This document shows positions 44,202 to 61,232 of a stretch of 64,000 nucleotides of DNA, piece after piece. The DNA is from Chrysomallon squamiferum (taxonomy: Eukaryota > Animalia > Mollusca): positions 11,842,001 to 11,906,000 of the forward strand of contig CM022675.1 in the NCBI GenBank assembly GCA_012295275.1, read 5' to 3'. Position numbers and translations under genes: made by a program. Below the pieces are notes generated by a model. It made no database searches. It had not been told where the DNA came from and saw nothing but the letters and a program-made list of their open reading frames with translations. Position 1 is the stretch's first letter. Each line of letters opens with the position of its first letter.

Positions 44202-45110
44202 TCGAAACCTGTGCCCACACATTAGAACGCAGAAAGCATGTTATAATGAACGCTTTTCGCAGTTTTGTGATCCTTTTGTCGAAACTGGTTATGCACTATT
44301 GGAAGTCCTTATCACATCACTTTGTAGTATATTTGCAATTAATGGCTTCGTTGCTTTCAAATGAAAAATGCACGTTTGCGATAATATGTTTTAGTCTACG
44401 TAATTTATCCACGTACGACTACGAAATTATTAATAAACATGACGATAAAAATTACGACATTTTTCTCCTTTCGTTCTCAACATAAATCATTTTATTGTGT
44501 CACCAGAGTAAATATTTAGCTAATAAAAAAAGCCTGTCGTATAGTTTTATTACGTTCGTAACAGCAACGGTTCATTGTCGAATATTCAGCTTGGTCTTAT
44601 TCACAAATACGGCCGCAAAGACCGCTGGGAATATTGACGTGATAGTATTGTTCTCTTACTCTGACGTCACGGCGTTCGATTGAATCATTTAAAGGTCTGT
44701 TCGTAACGTTTTGGCGCCAAAATGCGGATAAGATTTTTCGCTGACTAATCGTTTGTGGCAAGGAATATAAATTAAATATTCAGACGTGACGGAAACGCGA
44801 ACATACAGCTGTTATGTGATATACAGTTAATAATACAAAACCTGTTCGCTGTGGCGAGGAATAGCTGTGTTTAATGTACTGTACCGATAATTATATGTAG
44901 TACATGTTAAAAGCTATTATAATTACTGAAGCATCATTAAAATATATTATTTATATCTATACATCCTTCTGTATACATGCATTCATTCACACATACACAT
45001 TTATTTATATATGTGCAATACATATGCACTTACTCATGTTCACACACATGCATACATATATGATAAAAAAAAATAACGATGATAAAATGACATCATAATC
45101 ATCGTCGTCG

Positions 45111-45141
<31 letters not shown>

Positions 45142-45208
45142 TAATATTAAATCATCAGCACCATCATCATCATCATTACTGCTAGTACTATATTTATCAT
45201 CATCGTCG

Positions 45209-45247
<39 letters not shown>

Positions 45248-45612
45248 ACATCATCTAGAGTGTCTCTTTATTTGTCCATCTATCAGTATTCCCGTCTTTT
45301 AACTAATCGTTTTACCCCTGCAGACCCAAACATTCACTAAGGGTATTTAGAAGAGATTTACTAGCTCTGTTCGTTCCAGTTCTTAGCCCTGGTGATTGTC
45401 ACGGGTGTCTCATAACTCGGTATTAACCGGTAATGCTAGTTACTAGAAAAACGAGCTGTATTTTTAGCGACATTCAAGTATTTCATCGTGACATCCTACT
45501 GCGTGGACGGAAGATATGAATCAGCGCCGTGTATGTACTAAGCTACCCGCATCCTACTGAACTAAGGAGAATTGCCGAGATACAGATGAGAGACAGAGAC
45601 AGAGACAGAGAC

Positions 45613-45661
<49 letters not shown>

Positions 45662-45786
45662 GAGAGAATTATAAGCATGTAATATATATTTATTTTAAAA
45701 TATTGAAGAAAAAAAAAAGAAGACAGAAAATAGACAAATACTCGTTAAGCCGTTTTGTCTTTTTAAATTATCGATTAAGCACAATC

Positions 45787-45893
<107 letters not shown>

Positions 45894-45968
45894 AGGAACA
45901 GATAACGAATTTTCTTTTCTTCTATTGTTTAAATATCTTCATCGTACGGACGTATACAGCCATCCTAT

Positions 45969-46011
<43 letters not shown>

Positions 46012-48035
46012 GAGCAACCGATACAAAATTTCTCTTTCCTTGCATCGTTATTTTCCAACACGACCTTACGGCACACACTAACACATAAACGGAATAATTA
46101 CGCGTCTGCGTAAACATTAATCAACAAAAAACAACACAATAAAATACAAGCAACATAAACCCTGCTGTTTGAAGAAAAGAGATGCCCACTGACAGTTCTC
46201 GTTACTCGAGCAACAATACTGCGAATCTGCTAATACACGAGTTCACACACACGTGACTCAACGCGGTGAATTTGAGACTCAAACTCAAACTCAATTCACC
46301 GCGGTGCATTCAACCCACCACGTCAAGTACATTCAATGTCATAATACGCAGGCATTGTTTCCAAGGATCCGGGTCTAAGCTCTTCCGGGTCATGTCATTG
46401 GTAACGACTTGTTTAACTACTGTTTTGACACAGTTTGGAAACAGAACGAGGCATTGTGCCACTGTGTGATAATTAGTTGTGTGTGTGGTTTGTGTGTGTT
46501 ATGTAATATCAGACGACTGACCTATTCTTTGAAAGGGGTGACATTTTGTTTGCTAATACTCGCGTGAAGGGGGCTGTCTGAAGAACTGGGTAGTGTTCGG
46601 CAAACAGTGACGTGTGCATGTGTGTATGTGTGCTGTTGTGTGTGTGTGTGTGTGTGAATATGTGTGTCTGTAGAGAGAGAAAAAGAAATGACAGACCAGA
46701 AGATGAACAGATGAACAGAGAAAGAGAGCAGTGAAAATGTGAAGAAGACAAAAAGACACATAGCGAGACAGGCAAACAGAAAAACAGACACACGGACAGA
46801 CAGACAATACAGACATATAGAAGTCCTGCGTACTAAATTCTCACAAAAGAATATGCTACATAATTTTCTCAGGAATCCGAAAATTATCGACACTAATCGG
46901 AAATGTATTTTATAAGGAGCTTATTCGTTGCAACGAAGCTTTCTGACCCTTTTAAGACGATCAAAGATACCGAAAACGGCAACACCGACGGAAACTAACG
47001 AAATTTATATAACAGTTAAAACATGAATAAAAAAATAAAAACACATTAAAACAACAGCATAGTGGAAATAGAAATATTAGATAAGCGCAGTTTAAACATC
47101 TGACTTCTTGCACAGCTTATCAAACTGTGCGCCAAACAGTGTTTACAACGACACGATGTTTACAACGACAACGAGTGAAGCCATCTGTACAGTTATTAAT
47201 GTAGCAACACGACGGAGTTACGGACGAACGGTCGCCTATAGAACAGGTGAAGTGTCGCACATAAATATAAAGGCGCCTGTTTATCTCGTTTGAACACAGT
47301 CTCTGGTCGTATCTGCCTTTCTTTTGCTTCACTCTCCTACAGCGAGTTCAGTAACAGAGCTCAAATAACACGCCAGTTTGTGTTTCTGTTGCTGTTTACA
47401 GGAAAGAGCATGCAGAATATCACTAGCTGCTAAAAACATATTCTCTCTCGTGACAGTTTAATAATAAAGACGTTTATGAATATATTATATATTGTATGAT
47501 TTTTTTTAGTAACCGTTTACAACTAAAAATATGATGTGTTGTCTTTAAACCTTTCTAATTGTGACTCTGCAAAAATGCTTGTCTGTCTGTTTAGGTGTCT
47601 TTCTGTGTGTGTCTGTCTGTCTATCTTTCAATCATATTATAAAATATTTTAATTATTGGGGTTATTTTAATTTCGAATTAGAAGATTTTTATCTTTTTCA
47701 GACACTTTTTTTTTTCTCAATCATTGGTCTGTTTTGTTTCCTTCTTTTTGAAATATTGTTCCAGATATTGTCATTCTTCGTCATTACAAAATACATTCTG
47801 AATCAATTTCATGAAGTTAAACTGATGTAAAGCGTTCTAGAAATTCATCGTGTACCCACAGTTTCACCCACGCCCCATTTTAATCAGATGTTACCACCTA
47901 CATGTAAAGCTAACTTGTATAAAATGCTTTCTATTCATTTACGATACAAAGAAAATTTCTCTAATTATCCTCATTATGTTTCTATTTCTGTTCGATGCAC
48001 TACAGTGACTCCTTTAAGTTTACAAAATAGCTAAT

Positions 48036-48120
<85 letters not shown>

Positions 48121-48169
48121 CCATATATATATATATATATAACTCTAATCCTAATATATATGCATATAT

Positions 48170-48230
<61 letters not shown>

Positions 48231-49333
48231 CATATATATATATACATATATATATGTTTAGAGAGAGAGAGAGAGAGACGAAGAAAAGGGCAAAGAACAA
48301 AACGACTGATACGATCTAAATGATTATTACATTTACAAAAGAACAAATCTTCTGTAAAAGAGAGCAGGCTTGCTTGAAAAGATCTTTGACAGAAAGTACA
48401 CTAGAACTACCCACACCCACACCCACACCCACACCCACACCAACACCAATAACCTGCGCGTACCTGGTGACCAGGCTATCGGCTGTATCAGTGAAGCTTA
48501 ATTGAATATGGATTCACAAGTGCGCTTTAGTTATTTAGATCCATATTGGAACAGTCCGTTTATTAATATATTAGCAAAACTGAGTGGTCTGTTTAACATC
48601 ATGAATGAAAACGAGTATACGTTCAGCAAACATTTATTAATATTTAAGCTGGTGGAGATACAGATATATTAACCGATGTGTGAATATATGTGATAGTCAC
48701 CTGTTGTATTTATAACTGTAATGCACAAGCAAATATGTCTGGACTAAAAGATCCTGCCTAGTCTATTCACATATATGACAATATCATGCAGGTTAAATAT
48801 GATAGATAATAAGTAATTGGTATATATATATATATATATACTATTATCATTGTTGTTGTTGTTGTTGGTTGGTGGTGGTTGTGGTGGTGGTGTTCATTAT
48901 ACCCTATTGTCATTGTTACTGTTGCTGTAGATGATATGAAGTTGCTGTTATTATTATAATATTAGTTATTGCTGGTTTAATTCTCAATAACAGTATAATC
49001 ACCATCATAATCATCATCATTACTATTATTATTATTATCGTTCTATAACGATCTTAAATTAAAAATACACCCACTATTTCCTCCAGCACAAACATGATCC
49101 GCAAGATAGTATCTTACTTATTTAAAAGTCTAAACTAAAACTATTATAAATTATACTTGGGGCAGAGTGTTTTTCAAAATCTCATTATAATATGAATGAT
49201 AGATGGATTGTGAATTAATATTAATGACTTTATTTTGGTTTAAGGCACTGAACTATAAACTGTGTGGTGTTGACTATCGAACTGTTGTTGCTGTTGCTGT
49301 TGTTATTGTTGTTGTTGTTGTTGATGTTGTTAA

Positions 49334-49390
<57 letters not shown>

Positions 49391-51317
49391 TACTACTAAA
49401 TAATATGTATTGAATAAATAAATAAATAAATAAATAATAACAGCAGTAATACCACTACAAAAAAAAAAAAAATAATAATAAAAATAATTAAAAAAAAAAA
49501 AAAATTAAAAATTAAAAATCAACAAATTATTAAAAAAAGAAAGAAACTAATATTAATAAATACATATAATAAAATATATATCTGACCTTATCAAAAGACT
49601 AAATGAGTTTAATTATATTAACAAAAAAAGTAGACATCAAGAAGAAACGATCCTTGTACCTAACTCGCCCCAGGCAAGCCTTCTAACCATTAACCTGCAG
49701 CTGTTAAAACAGCTGTTTATCGTAAAGAATCAAAAAACATAGTGTTTTGTAATGAGACTTTACTGTTCTCTTACGTCATAGCTGCGAGTAGTATTAGTGA
49801 CTGCAAATGACAGGACTTTTTCAATGCCTAATTAGCGTTAATGTAATGTGATTGTGTCACAATAAGGAATGTTTGTATTCCTGCTTAATTCTGTAAAAAA
49901 CAGAGTATTACCTACTCACCTTAATTTGTACATTTTACATGAAGTCTTACATATCAAGATAAGTAACGATAACTGTGCGATAAAATTGCAGGTATAAAAC
50001 AAATTATAAATAAATAAAAGAAAAATTAATAAATAATCAATTAATAATAATTAATTAATTAATAATAATAATAATAATAATTTTCAATATATCACGGAAT
50101 ATGCGGATAAAGAAAATATCGGATAAATTAAGAAAAAAATTAAATTGACATTTATAAAAGGTTTTAATAGATTGTAAAAATAAGTAGGGCTCTATAGCGT
50201 GCAACTAAAACCAAGAATTACAAACAGGAATTAAAGATATTAAGACACGTTTCAGATCAAAGTTAAATGATAAATTATTGTTACTGCTAATAAAACCTAA
50301 TGCCATTAATAAAAATAAAGGAAAGGAAACGAGATTACCCACATGGAAAAGACTAAAAGAAAAGGGAAGAACAAAGAATGACTCAGCTGATAAATAATCG
50401 TTCCTTGGGAAAAACGTTTATGTTAATTGGTCGTTTGTGAAAATAAGTTGTAAACAAAACAAACACTAAAATAAATAAATAAGAAAGGAAAGAACTGATA
50501 AAAAAAAAAAAAAAGAGGAAGCTCTTCGTAATATGATATCTATGATGTTAATTTGATATATACGAAGCTGAAATAGTATGAAAAACAGTAGCAATAGTAA
50601 CATGATGATGATGATGATGATGATAATAATAACTTTTTTTTTTTTTCTTTTTTTTTTTTAAGAAGAAAAAAAAAACAGTAAATGAAAGTCTTACAGTCTT
50701 CTCAATGCAGAGTTTAACAACATCGCTTCTAAGGCGTGCTTGAACATCTATAAACAGCGTCACGAAACGGAAAAACAATTTCACACACACACCTTTCAGG
50801 TGATATTTTAACTTACGCCGATACAAAACGTAACTGTATATATATATATATATATTTTTTTAATAAAAACAAAAGGTAAGGATTACCGGTACAAAGTCCA
50901 CTAACTCACGTTCAGGATTTCTTTCTAAAAATGCAGAGACACACGAACAAAGACTACTTAAAAACAGTAAAAAAAAAATAAAACTGTATAAAATAAAACA
51001 GTGCATTAAATCGCTGATACAATGGAGTGCCGAGGCCCACTGTGCGTGTTACATTATAAGTATCGGAGCGAAATGAGGCCAGGAGGTCTCGCAGTCGTCT
51101 GCATTCACCGTATAATCGGTCTTCTAATTTCGTTTTATCAGCAGGCTGCGTACGCAATTGAATATTAGGCCGTGCATGACTTTCTCGGAATTCAAACCTT
51201 TTTTCATTGAAAAACGGTCCGGCGGCTGGGAAAATATTAAGATACGTTCTTCTTTTTTTTTTTTATTAAATAAAAAAATATTAAGGATATGAATATAAAT
51301 AATAATAATAATAATAC

Positions 51318-51409
<92 letters not shown>

Positions 51410-51717
51410 TTTAGTTATATAGTTATTTCAAGTGTAATAAACAGGTTTCTGTTTCGATAATAAATAATTAAAAATGATGATGATGAGTGAAAATTACAAC
51501 AACGACAAATATAATAATGTATGCATGTTAGCAGGAAGGAATATTTTATTTCAGCCCTCCCATGAACAGCAATAAAAAAAAAAAAAAAAAAAAAAAAACA
51601 GTCGTGGAATAAGGAAAGAGCGTCAAGCAGGGTTAGCTCTGTAACTCAGTTAAAGCTCGTATAACTTTTTACTGTTTCTTTATATCGCCGTAATAGTACT
51701 GTATTAGTTTATGTAAT

Positions 51718-51754
<37 letters not shown>

Positions 51755-53614
51755 GGCTGCAGGCTGAGGAACAAATCTGTCTTTAGGTCGCTATTATTAA
51801 TGTTATAGGCAATAACCATTCATTTCCTTACAAATCCACTTCTATTTTATCACTTTATAAGTGGCACAGGATATGGCAGTAAAACATATTAGTCATAAAA
51901 CGTATCAGCCAATTCGAATATGTATATGTGTTTATCCATATTCATGTGTGTATATATCATTATAATGTATATGCGCACGCATATATATACATACGTATTT
52001 ACATGATGAATAAATAAATAAATAAATAAAATGTATAATGAATATAAATAAATATTTTTTATATTTTTTTTATTATTATTTTTTTTTTTTACATATTAAT
52101 TCATGGATTAATTTATGAAAATAATTATTAAAAACTGAACTGATGAACAAATAATGCAGTGACTATAATATTATAAATAAATAAATATATTTAAAAATGA
52201 ATAAATTAAACTTTCAGTTCAGTCAAGACGGATATAGTTTACTGAATAAAAATCTTTCTGTTAAGATAAAAATAAGTTAAATAATAATTATTATAATCTT
52301 AGGTTTTGAAATGAAGACTCGTGAGTCAAATTCAGAGGGACTGAAATTTCTACCCGGAATACAAAAAACACAACAAAATGTAAGAACGAAGCACGACTCT
52401 GTGTCACAGTTACATAAACGAATTAATAAAACATACCAAATCGATAAGTTTCCCTGTTATTTCGACATATCAATTAGCCGCAAGACATGAGCCTAAACAT
52501 TCTATATTAAATATTAAAATAAAAAGAAAAGAATTCGTTTTAAAAAAAAACAAAAATCAACATTTAATACGACATGCTGATTAAATAAGAAAGAAAGAAT
52601 ATAGTGAAAAAAAACAAACTAATGAACACACTAACCTTAATATTTTGAAGTCACCGAAAGTACTGTCGTAAAAAAAAAAAGACTGTCTTGGCGTGAGAAA
52701 TAATAACTAAGATCTTTGTTTTAAATGCCGAAATACCATGAGTTCCAAACGACTGAAGAATGAAATAAAGCAATGAAAAGAACACCGTACCAACAATCCG
52801 TCCTACAGCAGGCGACAGCAGAACTGCAAAAGATTATCTCATTCTGAATAGCTGTAGGCGACCGGCTATATATTGTTGTTATTATTATTATCCCACGATA
52901 GTGCGTTAGTGTTCGACTAGCTTTTCTCCCTTTCAAGACTTCATAGAATCATTTCTACCACAAAAGGCCTAAAAGTCTCGGCTGCTCATGCGTACAGGAT
53001 CAGTCTATTATAGTGTCACCAAGGGGTGACAGGTCTGTCAATCAAGTAGCAGACGTCTGATTAATAAGTGAATATCGTATCTACTGCAGTTGTCTACCTT
53101 TAAGGTAATAAAAAAGAAAATTAATAGCGAAGGGTATTTATTTTGTCTTTGTTGATTTTTTTCTTTTCTTTTCTTCTTCTTCTATTTTTTTTTTTTTTTT
53201 TTTTTTTTTTTGTCTCCGATTCAGAAGTCGGGTGGATTCATTTTTGCGTTGCTTGGGGAGAAAGGTTTGCTCAATTAGAAACGCGGCAAACATTTCCACG
53301 GACAAAGACAGGTTCCGTCGAACTAAGGACAAACAATCGTTTTGCATAGAAGAAAGAATATTTTGCTACCTTAGGATATAAGCCTGTTACATTTAAAGCG
53401 ATAAATAACGCATTTATATCTCTACCTGTTTTTTGCAAGAGCTGTTTTATTCTTGAAAGGTGTCAAGACTCCATTTGCTTCTCGGTAAACTTTGAAATGG
53501 TATCAGGTTGATCTTCCGTGATAGTCTGAAATGTTAAAAACTAAACACTCATCTAAGTTCGTTTATTTTGGTAATGATTATTATAGAAGAGAAAAAAAAA
53601 ACTGAAGTTTTGAG

Positions 53615-53647
<33 letters not shown>

Positions 53648-53818
53648 TGAGTGCGTGCGTGTGCGCGCGCTTGTTTTAATGCGAGTTTCAATTATAACCT
53701 GAGTATCGTAGACAGACAAACATCCAGAGAGACAGAGAGAGATTTTGTCTATTTTCTTATTTCTTTTTTCTCTTTATTTTTAAATAAATATATATATACG
53801 ATGCTTAAGTGTATTTAT

Positions 53819-53923
<105 letters not shown>

Positions 53924-56220
53924 ACCCTCCCTCCCTCATTATTATTATTTTTATTATTTATCATTAGCAATTCTTTTTAATTCTTAAAATACATCGTGAT
54001 GTTAGAGATATACGGTATTACGCTATTAGCGAAAGCTTTATTACAAACGATAATCTCAGGTGGGTATTATATAGGTTAAATATAATCTGTATTGTATACG
54101 ACTCTAAGATCCCACATAACAGTTAGGGTAGATCGAATCCAAATATATATCTCCTGTCATAAACACCTTTTCTGTAGTGGCTATACCGGTCGATTTAGTT
54201 ATATTTAGGAATATGACTTTAGACCTCTGAATATTAATGAAGTTTCAAAATGTATGGAGTAAAAGTATGAGGTGATATTCTTAGTACGATCTTAAGTACA
54301 TAATACACAAATCCGTGCATGTTTATAAACCTATATATATACTCACACACACACATATACACACACGTATGTATATTTACACACACGTATATATATGTGT
54401 GTGTGTGTTTGTGTCTGTATGTATGTATATATTACGTTTATAAACTTATACATATATTTAAACACACACACATATATATATATATACATACATATATACA
54501 CACATATATATATGCATAAATTATAAATGTTCAACGAACACACTAATATACACATACATTTATACACACAAACGTATACATGCATGCAATTATACTTATA
54601 TATTTCTATCTACACGTATTCACTGAAATAGGTTCTTACATTTGCGTGTGCAAACACATTTCCATATAACACACACACACACACCCTAGCGAACATTACA
54701 TTATTCTTACTATTGTTCTTAACCTGTTAAAACAAAACTTGAAGTCAATCCCAAAACTATATGAAAGATTCAATTAATCAGTTAGGATTAAAATTTCACT
54801 ACTGTTCTTAGGTGTGTGTCTGTTCAAAAGGAAACTTTAAACAGGTAAAATGGTGTTTACGTGTTTCTGAGTGTCGACAAGTGGTAAACCTCGATGTAGT
54901 AAATACACCTGCTCTGATCTTTCTTTTACCTGATACAATTGAAGAGGCAAAGGAACTAATCCAGTGTTTCCAGGGTAACGAAATCTTCTACTTACAACAA
55001 ATTTTATAACCATTCATATGGGGTGTTGAACTGATATTGAAAATATGGTTCCAAAACGCTATAAATCCATTTTCGTTTCTTTTTGAGAAAAATGATTTTT
55101 TTATAACGTTTTAGGTTTATAGTCTACTGCGTAGATTTTGGCTGTTTATTTTGGGGGAAATTATTTTGGGGCGTTGAACTAAACTTTCCATTTATATGGC
55201 GTTTATTTTTTTTTTAAATTTTGGCGTTTTCGCGTTTTGGAATTAAACTTTCTTATATATATATTTATTTAAATATTAAAACTGGTAAATATCTGTATCC
55301 TACGAACCCGCTAGAAACTGAATCTCGACTGTTAAAAATGATAGATGGTATAATAGTTACTATTACTAGAAAAATAAAAGAAAAGATCACTTTCAAGTGA
55401 TAAAACTGAATACTCGTAGAGTTCTTTACATACGTGACCATAGACTTTTCAAAAACAACTCACTTGTAGGTACTTACCCACATAGATAAGAGAGCCAGGT
55501 GGGTGGACGTTTGGGCGGATCCATGTAGGTGTGGCTAGGTAGGTGCTGGACGGGTGGATGAATGGAAGGAACAACGAAACGATGGATGGATGGATGGATG
55601 GATTATTTGAAGGATGGATCGTGTGTGTGTGTTTGTGTATAATATGTTATGAAAGTCTGTTATTTATTAAAATACAAAATTGCAAACGCTAAAATATAAT
55701 TAAAAATATGATGGTGATGAGTACGATGATGAAAATGATGATGATGATGATGGTGATAAAAATAATAGAAACAACAACAACAACAACAATAATAAAAGCA
55801 ATTAAAAATTAAGCATAACATACTATCAATCTTGAAAATTATTTAAACAATTTTGCTTCAAGCGAAAGTGAGAAAAAAAAAAAAAAAAAACAAACAACGG
55901 GGAAAAAGGCGTAACGATATAAAAAAAAAAATAGAAAAATTTAAAAAAACCTTAAAAATATGAAAATAAATAAATAAAAAATAACATGATCAAAAAGCTT
56001 TCAAGGTATCGTTTAATCAACATCAATCTAATTACAGGTAATCTGTCAACGTCCCAGTCGTTGATTACCTCAAAATATGTGTTTAGTTTTCAGGTATGAC
56101 AGGTAGGTTAATGTTTTTTAATTTCAGCAATAATTTAAAATGACGTCAGCTGTCAAGAATGCAAATCAAAACAACTCTTCGACAACAACAGCAAGATCGA
56201 AAACAAATAATAATAACAAA

Positions 56221-56252
<32 letters not shown>

Positions 56253-56738
56253 CAAAATAATAATAATAATAATAATAATAAAACAACAACAACAATAATA
56301 ATAATAACAACAACAACAATAATAATAATAATAATAATAAAATAATAACAACAATAACTGCGATGACTACAACAATAAATAAATAATAATAATAAAAATA
56401 ATAAAAACGACAACAACGATGACGAAGAGATCAACAATCAAAAACTGAAACAACATTAACAAAAACAAAAAGACTAACAACAATAATAATAACGACGATG
56501 GCAACAACAATAAATTAATAATAATAATTACAACAACATTAATAAAAATCGATAACGACGCTGACAACAGTAGAAGCAACATCAACAACAACACCAACAA
56601 CAGTAATAAAAACTACTAGAGAGACAGAAACCAGATAAATAAATAGGCTGATAAAACATGAAGCAAATTGTGCATCAATCAATATATATATATATAAAAT
56701 TATGTTCTGTTTAACAAGTGCTCATAAGTAGCTGTATA

Positions 56739-56871
<133 letters not shown>

Positions 56872-57461
56872 CTATAATTGCGTATTGCAACAAATATATG
56901 TTTAACAACATATTTTATTTTTAACGATTAATAGGTATCAGATATAACCTACAGCTGCTGCTGCTGCTGCTGTTGCTACTTCTACCTCTACTACTACTGC
57001 AACAGCTGAGGCTGCATCTGTTATCAGAACTACTAAAGCTATCACCGCTATTACTATGGATGCATTGTTCTTGGTACTGTTCAGTTACAGATTAAGAAAT
57101 GAAAACGAGGCCAAGCTTATAACAATAATTAATTAATACATTTTCAAATCTTTATTTAAAGAAAGGGTTTAGTGGGCTGAAACTGTATACTAACCGTAAT
57201 TGTTCTAAATACAAAATTTACATTTTTATTTATATAAAACTGAAATCCAGTAATCTATAAATCAAATTAAAATTTTTCATCTACAGAAACACGAGTAAGC
57301 TGTAACTTAAGATTCATGGGTGTATTCTAAGGATGTATTTTGTATTTAGACAGCAAACAAATAAAAAAAATGTAATCTGAAGCATTTCAGTATATCAGTG
57401 ATTCTAAAAATAATGTAAATAATAATAAAAATTATAATAGCAACAGCAGCAAAAAAACAAC

Positions 57462-57493
<32 letters not shown>

Positions 57494-57510
57494 CAACAAC
57501 AACAGTAATC

Positions 57511-57602
<92 letters not shown>

Positions 57603-58041
57603 GAAAATAGAATTCAATAAATAAAATGGAAATATGAATGTACCAATACGTAGAAATGAAAATTACGTGTTTTATTATTTATATAATTTAAAATATGTTT
57701 AAAATAACTCACATTTATTTTAACTGTATTTTAGAGTTATAATATAATGTAGATATTTGTAGATACATGAAATTATTAATTCGTAAGATTACTGTGTTCT
57801 GTTCTATATTATTTATTTTTGCTGCATATAATTTATTTGTTTTATTGTTATAATATTTTTTTTAATTTTTTTTATTTTTATTTTGTATTGTTTTGCTTCA
57901 GTTTATTAATGTTTTAGTTTAATTAATTTTAATTAAATATGTTTTTTTTTTATTTATGCTTATTTGTTTGTTTTATTTTTCAATTTATTTTATTTTTAAT
58001 CATGGTAATAATAATAATAATAATTATAATTATTATTATTA

Positions 58042-58097
<56 letters not shown>

Positions 58098-58165
58098 TAT
58101 TTATTTATTTAATTTTCTTTTTTTTTTTTTTTTTCATTTAACTGAATATGATTTATTTTATTATA

Positions 58166-58196
<31 letters not shown>

Positions 58197-58918
58197 TCTA
58201 TCAGTATAACTGCATGTAACATATTTTTATATTTTATGTAGGCGTAGGGTGCGATACCATAAATTCTTTTTAAAATATCTTTTGAACTGATTCATGATTG
58301 TTTTTTTATTCATTAAACAAATTTGTAAAAATGCAAGTAATAAGATGTTGGGGTTTTTTTGTTGAGTTGTTTTTTTTGAGTCGCTAATGACTGCCTAAAA
58401 TTATAGTAAGCGCATGTAATTACCTTTTTTTTTTTCTTCCTTAAATACATTTTTGTAGTACATGTTTATGCATGGGAAAATAAGGAAGAATTTTCTGATA
58501 ATTAATTAAGACTGAGTTAATTAATTAATTAGTATGGGAGTGAAAAAGCTATAGCCATCGATCTAATTATTATTGTTATTATTATTATTACTATTATTAT
58601 TATTATATGGATTATTATTATTATCATAATCATCATTACTATTTTACTATTACTATTATTATTATTATCATTATTATTAATAGTAGTAGTAGTAGTAGTA
58701 TTACTATTAGTATTATTTATGTTGTTGTTATTGCTCTTCTTCTTCTTCTGCTTCTTCTTCTTCTTATTATTATTATCGTTATCATCATTATCATCATTAT
58801 TATTGTTGTTTTTATTATTATTATGATTATTATTATTATCGTTATCATCATTATTATTTTTGTTTTTATCATTATTATTATTATTATTATTTTATTATTA
58901 TTATTATTATTATTGTTT

Positions 58919-58959
<41 letters not shown>

Positions 58960-60312
58960 AGTGTTAGTGTGTTAGAAGACACTGTTCACTCTTGGATAAT
59001 ACGTTTTGACGTACGATTTTGTTCAGTGATGAAGTGTTTTAAGATTATGGATTAGTGTGTACGTATTTATGTATTTAACAAGATCAAACTCATTTAATCA
59101 CATTATCCGTTTTAACTCCGTCCGCATGAGAGAAGTTTGTTTTGTTAATTTTCTAAAGATAAGTACGTTATTATCGTCAGTTTATTTATTTATTTATTTA
59201 TTTATGTACCTATTTTAATTTCTATCCCAGCTCATATATTAGTTGCTTAATTAATTAATTATTTAATTGTATGTATGTTTGTATGTATTGATAATGTTTT
59301 GACTAAGGTTCGAAGTATCAAGAACCGGTATAACTGATTTTACATTTGTCTGTTTTATGTATTTATTTATTTATTTGTTTGAATGTTTGATTGTTTGTTT
59401 GTTTGTTTGTTTGTTTGTTTGTTTGTTTGTTTTATTTATTCATTTATTTTATTTTATTTTAATTATTTATTTACTTATTTTATTTTATTTTATTTTATTT
59501 ATTTACTTATTTTATTTTATTTTATTTTATTTATTTTTTTACTTATTTTATTTTATTTTATTTTATTTATTTATTTATTTATTTTTTTATTTTTACATTC
59601 AATTATTTACTTAATAATTGAATATTATATCTAATTAATTACTTTATAATTAATTGATTTTTCTATCTATCTATCTATCTACCTACCTACCTACCTACTT
59701 ATCTATCTATCTATCTATCCATCTATATCTGTAGCTAGCTATCTATCTGTCTGTCTGTCTCTCTGTCAGTCTGTCTACCTACCTATCTGTCTGTATTGTT
59801 GTTTTTCTATCTCGCTATCTATGTATGTTTTTGTTTGTTTACTGATGTTTATTGCAATTACTCTGAAATTCAATAACAAATATATTTTTATAATAACAAC
59901 CAAAAACTATTTTTTTTAAAACTAATTATTAGCAGACATTCATTATACTGCCAGCGTATTGCATAATTAATTTTAATGTTCTGTTTACATTTAGAACATA
60001 CAGAGTACATTTGATATACGTTTTGTACTTTAGAATTATTAACACTAAGTCACGATAAAAGGGTTTATTTAATACTGTGGATGATTAATTATACAGGCTG
60101 TTTCTTTGTGAAATGAAAAGTTAAGTTGTAGATAAACACAAAAACGACAACGTTGCCCGGCACTGCATCCAGTTTTGAACGTAGTGACCGTCAAATTCAA
60201 TGCGCAGTCACTGATGACGTCGTAAATGTTTGGTATTGTTGTGATTATCATTGTGGTGATATCTGAAGTGATGATAATGATGACGGTAGTGATGATGATG
60301 AAGATAATGATA

Positions 60313-60344
<32 letters not shown>

Positions 60345-60658
60345 AATGGGATGAGGATATTAGTTGTGGTAATAATAATAACTGGCTTTTTTTTCCCCCA
60401 GAACTGTGTTCATATTTCAATTTCCTTTTTCAATTCTTTGTGTGCGTACGTGAGTTTATATATATTTATTTATTTATTTATTTATTGTTTTTATTGGTTT
60501 GGTGTATTATAAAATAAATTAAAATCAACACAGTTTAATTAAATTAAAATTTAAAAAATAATTAGCCTAAATTAAATTAAATAATAATGAAACATTATAA
60601 AACAAAGATAAATAAAAAAAAAAATAAATAAATAAATAAATAATAACTAAAAACAACA

Positions 60659-60728
<70 letters not shown>

Positions 60729-60786
60729 AATAAACACAGCAAAATAACAACAATAAAAATAATAATAATAATAATAATAAATAATA

Positions 60787-60841
<55 letters not shown>

Positions 60842-61197
60842 CAGGGACGAATCCAAACAGTGGATTAAGAAAACAGACAACGTGTTTTTTTCCATCAACA
60901 GATGAAGTGTTTCCTTGTGGACGTAGTAATATAAAATCAAACGACTGGTTTTAGTATCTGTTCATGTTTATAGAAATGCCATCTGTCTATTGTTCAGTGA
61001 ATTAGCTACATGAATAAATAAACACGTATAAAGTCATAAATCGTTTACAAAACACCCTTGAGAATGACTTCAAAGTAACAAAAAATAAAATAAATAAATA
61101 AATGTTTAAGTGCATTGAAATCCCGTTCTGAAAATCATAGATTTGTTGTTGAAAAGTATTTTGACGGTGATAAGGGAAATCAATTTGAGTACACAAA

Positions 61198-61232
<35 letters not shown>

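Noticed and set aside
46255-46310. A true mir-124 gene
   Set aside because: The seed (AAGGCAC) and the star arm are absent; only an internal 11-nt match is present.
54812-55009. 65-aa non-repetitive ORF after a possible acceptor
   Set aside because: No recognisable domain or partner exons; kept only as a speculative small exon.
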